Source: a virus (taxonomy: Duplodnaviria > Caudoviricetes). From it: a DNA stretch of 52,736 nt. Below are positions 1 to 9,260 of the stretch, piece after piece. Below the pieces are notes generated by a model, which saw nothing but the letters and a program-made list of their open reading frames with translations, searched no databases and had not been told where the DNA came from. Position 1 is the stretch's first letter. Each line of letters opens with the position of its first letter. The DNA lies in the IMG/VR virus record IMGVR_UViG_3300004777_000001, positions 1 to 52,736 of that record. The stretch is one strand, 5' to 3'. Position numbers and translations under genes: made by a program.

Positions 1-90
1 GTTGGAACGGAGTGAGGTTTCGTAAGCGGCAACTGCTTTCTCAAATTCAGTCAATGATGTGTGATCATCACCAATAATCATCTTGACCTG
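1..90. repeat. 90-bp direct terminal repeat, copy 1 (circular assembly overlap)
   Basis: Identical to 52647-52736; the reading frame continues across the junction. Confidence 0.97.
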
Positions 91-711
91 ATTATATCCA
101 TTAAGAATAGGAGCGTCATAAGACTCCTTGAATACAGGATCAGCAGGAAGATTCAGAAAAGCATTTGCCTTCCGAAGATTATCAAGATCAGAAGTAAGCT
201 GTGCCTCACGATCCTCGCGTTCCTTGAGAGCCTTTTCAAGCTCAAGGCGAAGTTTCTCCATTTCCTTCTTGGTTCCACCATCATCAATCTTGGAGCGTAG
301 ATCCTGAATTTCCTTTTCGTATTCAGGGATCTTCTCAACACGGGCTTTGAGTTCAGCCGTTTCTTTTGAAAGCTGTTCATTCGTCTGCTTTAGCGATTTG
401 ATGAACCCCGGCTTCTTCTCATCATCAACTAGAGTTGCCTTTACTTCAGGTTCCTCGCGGTTGATTTCCTTTGCTTTTACGGCTTGCTTTTCCTCGTCAA
501 TCTTTTCTTGGAATTGAGAAGAATCTTGATTGAGCTTCTCTGCCATCTTCTTGAAAAGATCGGCAGGAGTACCCTTTGGTGCTTCTTTAATATCTCCCTT
601 GAAGAAATTATCGGCTTGCTTAATTGCGGCATCCCTAGCGGCTTTGTCGGCCTGTGATGCGGCGGTAAGATCAACTTGCTGTGGCGTTTCAACAACGGCG
701 GTATCAGACAT
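1..711 (-). CDS. 5' part of putative capsid scaffolding protein (about 441 aa, spans the circular junction)
   Basis: ATG at 711 (MSDTAVVETPQQ...) is open to base 1 and in frame with ORF 52032..52727; E/K-rich coiled coil between portal and capsid genes; missing from the ORF track. Confidence 0.75.
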   Translation of the reverse strand, partial: MSDTAVVETPQQVDLTAASQADKAARDAAIKQADNFFKGDIKEAPKGTPADLFKKMAEKLNQDSSQFQEKIDEEKQAVKAKEINREEPEVKATLVDDEKKPGFIKSLKQTNEQLSKETAELKARVEKIPEYEKEIQDLRSKIDDGGTKKEMEKLRLELEKALKEREDREAQLTSDLDNLRKANAFLNLPADPVFKESYDAPILNGYNQVKMIIGDDHTSLTEFEKAVAAYETSLRSN

Positions 712-732
712 ATGTTTTAGTTTTGGTGGTTG

Positions 733-1017
733 CTATTTGCGAAGGGAAATTTCTTCTGGAGTAAGACCATCATCAAGATCGGGATCAATATCCAAATCAT
801 GTGATCCTACCTTGGCAGTAATCATTGCTGGTTTATCTGCTGAATGGAAAGAATTATCTTCTGCTTCAAAAGCATAATCCTGCAATGCCTTAAATACAGC
901 AACAATGCTTGCGTGATCTTTGGTTACAAGATCCTCGTAGATTGAGGTTTTAAGTTCGCTATAGCGTCTATCGTTTACGATTGCGGCGGCAAGGTTCGTA
1001 GTGTTTTTATCAGCCAT
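733..1017 (-). CDS. hypothetical head-module protein
   Basis: 94 aa; overlaps the portal stop codon. Confidence 0.7.
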   Translation of the reverse strand: MADKNTTNLAAAIVNDRRYSELKTSIYEDLVTKDHASIVAVFKALQDYAFEAEDNSFHSADKPAMITAKVGSHDLDIDPDLDDGLTPEEISLRK

Positions 1018-3622
1018 TTTCTTGTCCGAGTTGCGGGTTGCTTTGTGTTACTGCTTCTTGCCCTTGGATAGCCTGTTGTTGGGCCATCATATCTTGGGCG
1101 TTCATTTGCTGTTGGTTCTGCATTTCCTGCTGGTGCTGGTCTTGCAAAACTTGAGTATCATGGGCGGCTTTTGCCCTGCGAATCTGGATCTCGTTAGCGG
1201 CTTTTGCTCTCTTGGTCGCAAGATCGGTTGCAACCTTCTCCATGCTGTTGGCATTATGGAGTTGAGCTTTCTGTGCGAGTGCCGCCAGCTTGATGTCCTC
1301 TTTCTTCTTGAGGCTATCGGTCTGGATCGCTTCCTTGGCAACCAGAGCTTGGAGCTTGATGGTGTGAGGATCTTGGCTTCCTTGACCCTGCTCCTGCTGT
1401 TTGGATTGAGCCATTTGAGAAACCTGACTTCCAAGCTCATCAACACCACGCTGGAGTTGTTGCATCTGCATACCAAACTCCTTGGCAATCTGTTTCTTGG
1501 AAGGATCTTTCTGAATGAATCCAAGGTGGGCAACAAGATGTGGCCCTTTGAATCGCATGAGACAGGCGTAAATATCACGGAGAAGCTCAAATGCTTCATC
1601 ATCAACCCCCTGTTCAGTCTGCTGGCTGTTGCGTCCTTTGGGATTAACGCCAGTAGATTGTAGAACTTGCTGTGCTTCCTGCATGGAAGTCATGGCATCT
1701 TGGATATGACCCTTGAAGTGTTCCACATGGTTCTGATCAGGATAAACCCTGAAGTTGGCAGGGTTGCCCTTTGGATCAGTCATGCCAATGTTCTCCATTG
1801 ATATAATTCCCTGCTCATCAGGAATATCAACCTTGGTATGTTGGAAGTAACGATTGACATTCTGGCGACCATTAAGAGCGGCAATAGCATCAGCAATAGC
1901 ATTTGCTTGCCCGTCATTCATAGGAGTCATGCCTGTGAGTGAAACAGTCTGTTGAGCCGCCATTAGCTTGTAGGATGGGCTTCCAGAACCAGCAAGCATA
2001 TTGCTCTCAAGGTTCTCAATGTTCTCCCATTTCCAAGCCTCTTCAGGGACTCCATTCTCATCCATGAAGTCAATGAACTTTTCCTTGAGCTTCCATCCGT
2101 TTCCACCACGCTTGGTATTGCTCATGCGCTTGTAGAGCAATCGGAGCCAACGGGTTTGGTTATCGTTGAACCTACGGATTTGTGTTCCTTGGAGCTTTGC
2201 AGATTCAGCGGCATCAAGTTGAGCTTCTCCCTTGGTGCGTTGCTTGCCACCCTTGGTCGTCATGCCAATGTTGTAAGCACCAATACCGCGATAGAGATCA
2301 GCTTGATAGAATTGGATTCCAGCAAGGACTTCTTGGAAAGGAATGTTTACAGAAACCTGTTGCGGCTCGACATCTTGAGGAAGAACCATCCAAGGTTGCC
2401 ACTCCATCTGCTTGAGCTTCTTGGTCGATTCGGCAGAACCACCCTTAAACATGAGACGGGTATTCCAATCGACGGCATCCATGAATCGGTTCATGTGAAT
2501 GTCGTATGCACGGCATTGGATAAAGACCGCTTCAGCTAGACCCTGAATTTCATGCCAGATTCCACTACCAGTAGAATCGCACATAGGGGCAATGATGTCA
2601 TCCCATCCATCACCATCCTTTTCTACCCAATCTTTGCGATAGTAAAGGAAACCAGTTTGGTCGCGGTACTCTTCTTCAGTAAGATCCTTGCGACCATTTT
2701 CTTTGTATCCAAGAACAAGACCTTCGTAATTCTGGAGGAGGAGCATTTTTGAGATGCTCCCATTAAACTCCATGATGTAAAGCTCGTAGAGTTCAATGCG
2801 AAGAGTGTAAAGGCGAGATAGGTTTAGGTTGCCACTAGCAACATCACGCAACCATTCCGTGTTGGTGTAGGTATTGCGATAGTTGGTGGTGAACATCCGC
2901 AACGCATCCACGCAAGCCCAAAAATTCCAACCCATATCCGTAGCGTGTTTCTGTGCCTTTTCAGGATCTTCTTCTCCTCCAGTAATCTTGAGCCAGAACT
3001 CAAGGGGGGTGTAGCTACGTTTGATGCAAAGCTCACCCAAGTTCGTGAGGTCTGCATACGTTTTATCTGGAATTAGCACATTGGAATTATGAAAACTCTT
3101 GGTGGGCCAACCATCCCTGTCTTCTGCAATTTCAAAACCCTTTCCATATAGGGTCATTTCTTCCACATCAAGCTCAACATTGTAGTTGTAGCTGTTCCAT
3201 GAACGAAGCATCCGATCAAATCCAACACTAATAATATCACTCCACTCCTTCTTTTCTGTAGGATTTCCTATTTTAGTAGTAATGTTTGCGGCGGTATTGC
3301 GCTCCATTACCATGTCAACGAAGCTGGACTTCTGATTGTCCACGATAAACTTCATCTGACGGAATGGCACATTGCTCATTCCAGAAAGCTGACGGGAAGC
3401 TACCTGACTATAATCGGTAGGAGGAAAGCCCTTATAACATTTGAAAATTCTTCCCCATTTTCTCTCTCTTCCTGCGTTATCTAACCTTAGATTCCAACAG
3501 ATAGTAAACGCATCATTGGCAGTTTGAACACGGCTAGTTGGAGCAACGCCATTAGAATTGATTGTGTTGAATCCCCAACTGGAGACTCCCTCACGATTTA
3601 CGATGCGTTTTGATTTTGCCAT
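1010..3622 (-). CDS. portal protein
   Basis: 870 aa with a Q-rich C-terminal coiled coil as in podovirus portals; lies between terminase and scaffold. Confidence 0.8.
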   Translation of the reverse strand: MAKSKRIVNREGVSSWGFNTINSNGVAPTSRVQTANDAFTICWNLRLDNAGRERKWGRIFKCYKGFPPTDYSQVASRQLSGMSNVPFRQMKFIVDNQKSSFVDMVMERNTAANITTKIGNPTEKKEWSDIISVGFDRMLRSWNSYNYNVELDVEEMTLYGKGFEIAEDRDGWPTKSFHNSNVLIPDKTYADLTNLGELCIKRSYTPLEFWLKITGGEEDPEKAQKHATDMGWNFWACVDALRMFTTNYRNTYTNTEWLRDVASGNLNLSRLYTLRIELYELYIMEFNGSISKMLLLQNYEGLVLGYKENGRKDLTEEEYRDQTGFLYYRKDWVEKDGDGWDDIIAPMCDSTGSGIWHEIQGLAEAVFIQCRAYDIHMNRFMDAVDWNTRLMFKGGSAESTKKLKQMEWQPWMVLPQDVEPQQVSVNIPFQEVLAGIQFYQADLYRGIGAYNIGMTTKGGKQRTKGEAQLDAAESAKLQGTQIRRFNDNQTRWLRLLYKRMSNTKRGGNGWKLKEKFIDFMDENGVPEEAWKWENIENLESNMLAGSGSPSYKLMAAQQTVSLTGMTPMNDGQANAIADAIAALNGRQNVNRYFQHTKVDIPDEQGIISMENIGMTDPKGNPANFRVYPDQNHVEHFKGHIQDAMTSMQEAQQVLQSTGVNPKGRNSQQTEQGVDDEAFELLRDIYACLMRFKGPHLVAHLGFIQKDPSKKQIAKEFGMQMQQLQRGVDELGSQVSQMAQSKQQEQGQGSQDPHTIKLQALVAKEAIQTDSLKKKEDIKLAALAQKAQLHNANSMEKVATDLATKRAKAANEIQIRRAKAAHDTQVLQDQHQQEMQNQQQMNAQDMMAQQQAIQGQEAVTQSNPQLGQENG

Positions 3623-3623
3623 T

Positions 3624-4013
3624 TTAGCCGAGGGCTTGGTTCATTGCTTGTCTGCGTTTTTGGCAAGCGGTGCAACCCTTTGCGGTTTGCTCAAGGTTTG
3701 TTTGAACCCCAAGGCTTGCCGCAACGCGATCTCCAAGGTTAGCAAAACGATGAATTACGTTCGCAACTTTGTCTCCTGCTTCTTGCCAATAGTATTGGCT
3801 AGGAATCCTACTGCAAACTTGTTGTTCGATCAAGTATTCTAAATTATCTGGAACTTGAACATTATTAATTGTCATGTCGCTTGATACCTTTTGGGCAAAT
3901 TGTTTTCCAAAAACAGTATCCATTCCATTAACACGATAAGTATTTCCCTTATCGTCGCTGTATTCATACCAAAGTCCACCGGGGATAGGCCCGTTTTTAT
4001 CCTTGAGTCTCAC
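3624..4013 (-). CDS. hypothetical protein with C-terminal CxxC-x2-R motif
   Basis: 129 aa ending GCTACQKRRQAMN; abuts the portal start. Confidence 0.7.
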   Translation of the reverse strand: MRLKDKNGPIPGGLWYEYSDDKGNTYRVNGMDTVFGKQFAQKVSSDMTINNVQVPDNLEYLIEQQVCSRIPSQYYWQEAGDKVANVIHRFANLGDRVAASLGVQTNLEQTAKGCTACQKRRQAMNQALG

Positions 4014-4540
4014 GATTTTTTGTTTTTGTTTCGCCAGCCTCGATATTCTTTTTTCTCAAAAGTTTTTATGGCGTGGCAGTTTGCACATCTTACAACACAT
4101 TTTTCGATTTCTGGCAATGCTAATTCCCATTTATGATAAAGAGATATATCTTTTACCTTTTCACCATAAACATGATCAAAGTGTAATGCAACGGCATGAG
4201 CTTTGTATCCGCAATCAATACAACCATGTTGCAATTTGTAAGAACTTGCTTTTTCTTGAAAAATTTTCTTTTGAGGTACAACAGTTTTTAAGTTGTTCTC
4301 TTTAACTTTTTCTGGATTTATTAATCTCCAATTTTTGCTTTGCAAATTTCTTATCTCTTTGTATTTTTGATGGCTTTTTTTGCGACACTCTTTGTATTTT
4401 TCTTTGTTTGCGTCTCTCCATGCCTTGCTTTCAGCATTTGTTTTTTCTTTATTTTTAGAACGCCTTAATCTTCTAAGAAGGTTGCGCCTGTCTTTTTGCT
4501 CTTGCGTTAAAACATACGGCTTTTTGCTCATGTGAACCAA
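4010..4540 (-). CDS. HNH endonuclease (Zn-binding)
   Basis: CIDCG..ALHFDH..KCVVRCANCH; basic N-terminus; AT-rich; ATG start probably 4531. Confidence 0.85.
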   Translation of the reverse strand: MVHMSKKPYVLTQEQKDRRNLLRRLRRSKNKEKTNAESKAWRDANKEKYKECRKKSHQKYKEIRNLQSKNWRLINPEKVKENNLKTVVPQKKIFQEKASSYKLQHGCIDCGYKAHAVALHFDHVYGEKVKDISLYHKWELALPEIEKCVVRCANCHAIKTFEKKEYRGWRNKNKKS

Positions 4541-4584
4541 ATGCTTGTATTAATTTATAAAATAAGTCAATAGTAAAACTTCAC

Positions 4585-6516
4585 ATGGACTACAACGGCA
4601 TTTGTCTTGACTTGCCCAAAGACACAACATACGGGCTTTCCTTTGGAGAGAATGTTCCACAATTCATTCGTGAGTTGACGGCTTATAGATTGACTCGTGG
4701 AGAGTTTGGAAGGCGTGAACGGGTTAAAAATGGCATCAAGTTGGAACATACTGACCTAAAAAACCCTGCACAGCACATGGTCAACTGCTTTCAGTTGATT
4801 TATGGCAACGATGTTTTGCTCCAATCACAAGGAATCGCCAATAATTATGCCCTAGATATTATAGATTTGTTCTGTAATGAGAACGATTGGGGTATTGCAG
4901 GGTGTGCATCTAGCGGAAAAACCTTTTCTGTGGCGGCTTGCATCGTAATTGATTGGCTTTGCGCCCCTGATTGTACCTCCACATACGTTGCATCTACGTC
5001 TCTGGATGCTTCTGAAGACCGATTGTGGGGTAAGGTTTGCACTCTATACCGAATTGCAATGCGTAATTTACAGTCCAAATATGGTAAAGATGCCGCGATT
5101 GGAAACCTTGTTGAGTATCGTAGGATGATTGTTTTTGAGTCTATTGATACCAAAGATACAGAACGAGACTATACAAATGCCATAAAAGCGGTTGCTTTTC
5201 CAAAAGGAGGAGAGGGTCAAAAAGCTGTTGACAATATGCGAGGAAGAAAAAACGAACGAGTAAGGGTATTTTTGGACGAATTGGCTGAAATGGATTTGTA
5301 TTGCCTCAATGTGCGATCCAATTTTACGGCAGGAAACGATGATGTTTTGTTTGGCGGCATGGCAAACCCATCAAATACTGCAAATAATCCTCATACGGAG
5401 TTGTGTGAACCCGATGATCCAATGGGATGGAATGCTGTAAATAGGTACACAAAAAGGTGGAAGACCCGTACAGGAATTGCTTTGCACCTTTCAGGAGAAG
5501 AAAGCCCTAATCTTCAAGCTCCAAACGCAGAAATACCTCCTTTTAGGAATTTTCTTACTTACAAAAAAATGGAGGCAACATTAAAAATATGCTATGGCAA
5601 TAAAAATGCCCTAGAGTACTGGCGAAATGTGTATGGTTGGTGGCCTGATTCCTCTGTAGAGCTTACAATCTTTTCAAAACAGTTTATTCAAGGATGCGAT
5701 ATTGCTTGGGAGCCTGTTTGGAGTAACAGGACAAAGGTTGTTTGCGGATTTGACCCTGCATTTACGGCTGGTGGAGATAGATGTGCCGCTACTTTTTGCC
5801 GATTTGGGGCAAATGATACTGGTAGAAATGTAGGTTTCTATCTTGGAACCAAAGAATACACCAGTTCTGTTGGAGAAGTTTTTGAGGAAAGTATCGCAAT
5901 GCAAGTGGTACAGGATTGCTTGGAGTATGGAGTCCACCCAAGGGACTTTGGTTTGGATATTTCAGGTGATGGCGGCAAGATGATGAGAGCAATCATCATT
6001 GAATGGAGCAAATTCAATCCTGAAGCCATGTTCATCTTCCCGATTTCCTCAATGGGAATGCCTACGGAAAGGAAGATCAGCAATCTGGATAAGAGAACTT
6101 GCAAAGAAGCCTATGATCGGCTTGTCACGGAGTATTGGTTTGCTGTTCATACGGCTATGTCCACGCGATCCCTTGTTGGTATCGACATGGATAAGAACTC
6201 GCAAGTCATAGCGGAACTTTGTTCTAGGTTGTATTACCACAAAGGTAGAAAGGTTGCTGTTGAGAAGAAGCTCGACATGAAGCAACGTATCAAGAAGTCG
6301 CCCGACTTGGCTGACTCTCTGACGTATGCTGTACAGATGCTCCGTAGGGCAGGGCTAGAGTTTACCTTTGAGGATGAAGAAGCAGAGTCTCTGGATATCG
6401 TAGAGATCAGAGATTGGGAGCAGAGATTGATCCACAGCAAGAATAGCCCTGAAGAAAAGGCTATGGATGATGATTGGGGCTATGGCGGGAATGGGGTGGA
6501 TGAAGATGGATTTTAG
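4585..6516 (+). CDS. terL: terminase large subunit
   Basis: Walker A GCASSGKT, Walker B VFLDE, coupling motif MANP, nuclease motifs GFDPA and SPDLADS. Confidence 0.92.
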   Translation: MDYNGICLDLPKDTTYGLSFGENVPQFIRELTAYRLTRGEFGRRERVKNGIKLEHTDLKNPAQHMVNCFQLIYGNDVLLQSQGIANNYALDIIDLFCNENDWGIAGCASSGKTFSVAACIVIDWLCAPDCTSTYVASTSLDASEDRLWGKVCTLYRIAMRNLQSKYGKDAAIGNLVEYRRMIVFESIDTKDTERDYTNAIKAVAFPKGGEGQKAVDNMRGRKNERVRVFLDELAEMDLYCLNVRSNFTAGNDDVLFGGMANPSNTANNPHTELCEPDDPMGWNAVNRYTKRWKTRTGIALHLSGEESPNLQAPNAEIPPFRNFLTYKKMEATLKICYGNKNALEYWRNVYGWWPDSSVELTIFSKQFIQGCDIAWEPVWSNRTKVVCGFDPAFTAGGDRCAATFCRFGANDTGRNVGFYLGTKEYTSSVGEVFEESIAMQVVQDCLEYGVHPRDFGLDISGDGGKMMRAIIIEWSKFNPEAMFIFPISSMGMPTERKISNLDKRTCKEAYDRLVTEYWFAVHTAMSTRSLVGIDMDKNSQVIAELCSRLYYHKGRKVAVEKKLDMKQRIKKSPDLADSLTYAVQMLRRAGLEFTFEDEEAESLDIVEIRDWEQRLIHSKNSPEEKAMDDDWGYGGNGVDEDGF

Positions 6517-6559
6517 GTTCATTTATACAATCAAGTACTAATTCGTTTACAATTAGTAG

Positions 6560-6930
6560 ATGACCTTGCCCCCTATCTCGCAGGAAGTCCCCAATGGGGG
6601 CTTGTCAAGGGCAAGGAACCTTTGAAGAAACCCAAGTGCCGATCCTCCTTGTTTCTGCGACTCAAGGGGAGAAGGCGGTCGAGGGTATAGAAGCTACGGT
6701 ATCCCTTAAGCTCCAAAGAAAATTTATTGTTGACGCACGGATTGGTCAATGAAAGATTTCAATCATCGCAAGATTGAGGCCAAGCATGAATGCGTCCCAT
6801 GTAGGCCAAGAAAGCGGCGGTAGCGAACCAAAACGCTATCCCCGTCTGCTAGGAGAAAAATGTTCTGCCCTCGGCTATTGTTGAGGGTAGCGATTTTTCG
6901 CCAGCAAATCTTTTCTGGGGGGTAGGGGGG
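6560..6930 (+). ncRNA. putative structured non-coding region/RNA ending in G6-TA-G6
   Basis: Several stems (CCTTGCCC/GGGCAAGG, AAGTCCCC/GGGGGCTT, CTGCCCTCGGC/GTTGAGGGTAG) whose G-U pairs work on the + strand; TTGAC-N10-GTCAA at 6730-6749. Confidence 0.35.
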
Positions 6931-7388
6931 TTTGTTGGACTTTTTAGCCAAGGGTGTATTTCTGCATGGCATCCGTTACAAAGACTCACGACATTCTTCT
7001 TCTGGTTCAATCCACCGTTTTGAAGTTGGATTATGTGATGTCGGCAATGTGCTGGTTCAAGGCAAACAAAACATTTGGTGTTTATTTTTAACTCTACTCT
7101 GTGAAGTGTTTTTTTGATCTGGTTAAATTGTGTTCGTTTTTTTGATGGATCAGTTTTCCAACCAATAACAATTTTTGCGTAGTCAATTAAAACATGAAGC
7201 CTTTCCTCTTTGCTTTTTAGACCCCCATTGAAATTTCCCTTCAATGCTTCCCTTTTGATTTTGTTTGGCCCTTTGACAGATTTATCTTCAAGAAAATGTT
7301 TCCAAAAATTGATCAACAACTTTTTGTGCAAACATTGAGCTTGCGATCCATTGTCGCAATAGAATAGGTTTACTTCAGCTTCATTCAT
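6849..7388 (-). CDS. HNH endonuclease domain protein
   Basis: CFVC..HCRHHII..GGLN..NVVSLCNGCHAEIH; first ATG at 7388. Confidence 0.8.
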   Translation of the reverse strand: MNEAEVNLFYCDNGSQAQCLHKKLLINFWKHFLEDKSVKGPNKIKREALKGNFNGGLKSKEERLHVLIDYAKIVIGWKTDPSKKRTQFNQIKKTLHRVELKINTKCFVCLEPAHCRHHIIQLQNGGLNQKKNVVSLCNGCHAEIHPWLKSPTNPPTPQKRFAGEKSLPSTIAEGRTFFS

Positions 7389-7468
7389 AGACGCATTATG
7401 GTTGAGGTTAAAAGCTGGTTGAGAACGCAATTCTCGCCAGCTTTGTTTTTTATAACAGCAAGTTAGAA

Positions 7469-7497
7469 TTGACGCAACTCTTAACCATAGGCATAAT
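7469..7497 (+). promoter_or_regulatory. sigma70-like promoter for the accessory operon; -35 overlaps a divergent promoter
   Basis: TTGACG-17-CATAAT, 9 nt before ATG 7507; minus strand has TTGCGT-17-TATAAA. Confidence 0.65.
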
Positions 7498-7506
7498 TTT
7501 AACAAT

Positions 7507-8466
7507 ATGGCTAAATTCTCCCCTCAAGAGTTTCGTAACGGATCTATGATACCTTCTGTGATACAAGGAAAGGTAGATAGCTCTGTAGCCTCTATGATCA
7601 AGAGTCCTGAAAAGACTGCTTATGGCTCTGGTCAGTATAAGAGAAAGCCAAGTTTCCTGATGTGTCCTCCTAAATACTTGTCCACGGCTATCCCGAACAA
7701 CAAGTTTATGAAGGGTCAGAAAGTAGATACTGAACGTGCTATGCGTCAGTACACCAGAATCAAGAGACTCATTACTGCTCTTGGTGTTAAGGTGATTGAG
7801 TTGCCTCCTGTTAAGGGAGCGCAAGACCAACACTTTGTAGCCAATCTTGGGCTATCTGTTGATCCTTTTATCTTCATTGCCAAGATGAGTGCTGATGGTC
7901 GTCAGATCGAAGAAGATCCGGGACGTAGATTCTTTGAGAAGATGGGCTATACAGTTTTACAACCTCCTCACTTTTGGGAGGGAGAAGCTGAAACCAAATA
8001 CTGGAAAGACAAAACGTATTTTGGCGGTCATGGAAAATTCTCCGATTGGAAGGCACAAGAATGGATTTCCAAGAAAGCTGGCATTGATATTATCCCGATG
8101 AAGATGGTGAGTGATGATCTCTACCATCTGGATTGTTGCATCCATGTCATTGATCCAGAGAACTTCATGGTATGCCGTAGTGGTATTGATCGGGAGTCAT
8201 TCAAGCGTTTGGAGAAGCTGGCAAATATCATCGTCGTTCCAAAAGAAATGGAGGCTACGGGTGCTACCAATCTGATTCGCATCCCTGATAAGAACATTGT
8301 GATCAGCGGTATGTTCCAGCCTGAATATCATCAGTATCGCAAAAGCATGGAGTGGATGCTGACAACGATGGATAAGTTCAACAACTCTGTGATTTTTGCA
8401 GACATTGATGAGGCCGACAAGAATGGTGCTGATTGCTCATGTCAGGTCATGCACATTACGTTCTGA
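7507..8466 (+). CDS. amidinotransferase/DDAH (pentein) superfamily enzyme, ArgZ-type arginine dihydrolase-like
   Basis: FLMCPP..NN.FM, D.HFVAN, WEGEAE, YHLDCC and KNGADCSC match the pentein motifs; Glu/His/Cys catalytic residues present. Confidence 0.85.
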   Translation: MAKFSPQEFRNGSMIPSVIQGKVDSSVASMIKSPEKTAYGSGQYKRKPSFLMCPPKYLSTAIPNNKFMKGQKVDTERAMRQYTRIKRLITALGVKVIELPPVKGAQDQHFVANLGLSVDPFIFIAKMSADGRQIEEDPGRRFFEKMGYTVLQPPHFWEGEAETKYWKDKTYFGGHGKFSDWKAQEWISKKAGIDIIPMKMVSDDLYHLDCCIHVIDPENFMVCRSGIDRESFKRLEKLANIIVVPKEMEATGATNLIRIPDKNIVISGMFQPEYHQYRKSMEWMLTTMDKFNNSVIFADIDEADKNGADCSCQVMHITF

Positions 8467-8648
8467 TGAGTATAAAGAAATACATCAAAGTATTTTTTGG
8501 ATTCATTGGATACATCAATGGTTTATGCCCCAATTGTTTTAAGGAATTAAGTGCTTGCAATGACTATCCTTGCCATGTATGCAACGTGGCAGGATACATC
8601 AAACCAAAACAAATTTGGCGTAGGTTTATCCAATCAAATCAAAAATAA
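8466..8648 (+). CDS. small Cys-rich (zinc-binding) protein
   Basis: CPNC..C..CHVC; ATG overlaps the upstream stop. Confidence 0.55.
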   Translation: MSIKKYIKVFFGFIGYINGLCPNCFKELSACNDYPCHVCNVAGYIKPKQIWRRFIQSNQK

Positions 8649-8651
8649 ACT

Positions 8652-8834
8652 ATGGCTACCAAGAAAAGCGGAATCCATATCAAGGAGTCCCACAAGGGTC
8701 GCTTCACAGCGATCAAAAAGAAAACTGGAAAGACCACGGAGCAATTGAAGCACAGCAAGAATCCTGCTGTTCGCAAGATGGCTACCTTTGCACAGAATGC
8801 CGCCAAGTGGCATCACGGCAAGAAGTCTAAATGA
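8652..8834 (+). CDS. small basic phage protein
   Basis: GIHIK..HKGRFT..RKMATFAQNAAKW, a motif type recurrent in phages. Confidence 0.75.
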   Translation: MATKKSGIHIKESHKGRFTAIKKKTGKTTEQLKHSKNPAVRKMATFAQNAAKWHHGKKSK

Positions 8835-8941
8835 ACAAAACAGCAACCACAAATTCTGCCAAACCAAATGTTACTCTCCGTCCTGCTCGGATCGGATATG
8901 GAGTTCGCAAGAAATCCAAATCAAAACGCAAATCAAAGTGA
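8831..8941 (+). CDS. 36-aa basic peptide
   Basis: MNKTATT...RKKSKSKRKSK; ATGA overlap upstream and next ATG 1 nt downstream; not in the ORF track. Confidence 0.5.
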   Translation: MNKTATTNSAKPNVTLRPARIGYGVRKKSKSKRKSK

Positions 8942-8942
8942 T

Positions 8943-9260
8943 ATGACACCAGAAGAAGATGCTTTCGATATTTGGAGAGAAGCATCAATCGCTGGATTGG
9001 ATAAATATTTCAAGGGTAGCGAAGAACACAAAACCCAATTCTGGACTGCTGGTGCTGGCTGGTATGCCAAAAATCTAAAAGATGAACAGCTTGATCTAAT
9101 CAGCTATCTTCATCATCTCATTGATCGGATCAAATTGGTTCAACTCTTGGCAGACATGATGGAACAGGAAGAAATTTCCATGAGTCATGCGGCTAGGCTT
9201 TTGAAAAATCTGGTTTCTGATAATCCTCCTGAAGCCATCCAAAAACAATCGCATGATTAA
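8943..9260 (+). CDS. MazG-like all-alpha NTP pyrophosphohydrolase-like protein
   Basis: GLDKY..G...W..NLKDEQLDLISYL pattern. Confidence 0.5.
   Translation: MTPEEDAFDIWREASIAGLDKYFKGSEEHKTQFWTAGAGWYAKNLKDEQLDLISYLHHLIDRIKLVQLLADMMEQEEISMSHAARLLKNLVSDNPPEAIQKQSHD

Noticed and set aside
1-90. Terminal repeat as a true physical DTR
   Set aside because: It falls in the middle of an intact gene, which fits assembler overlap of a circular or permuted genome.
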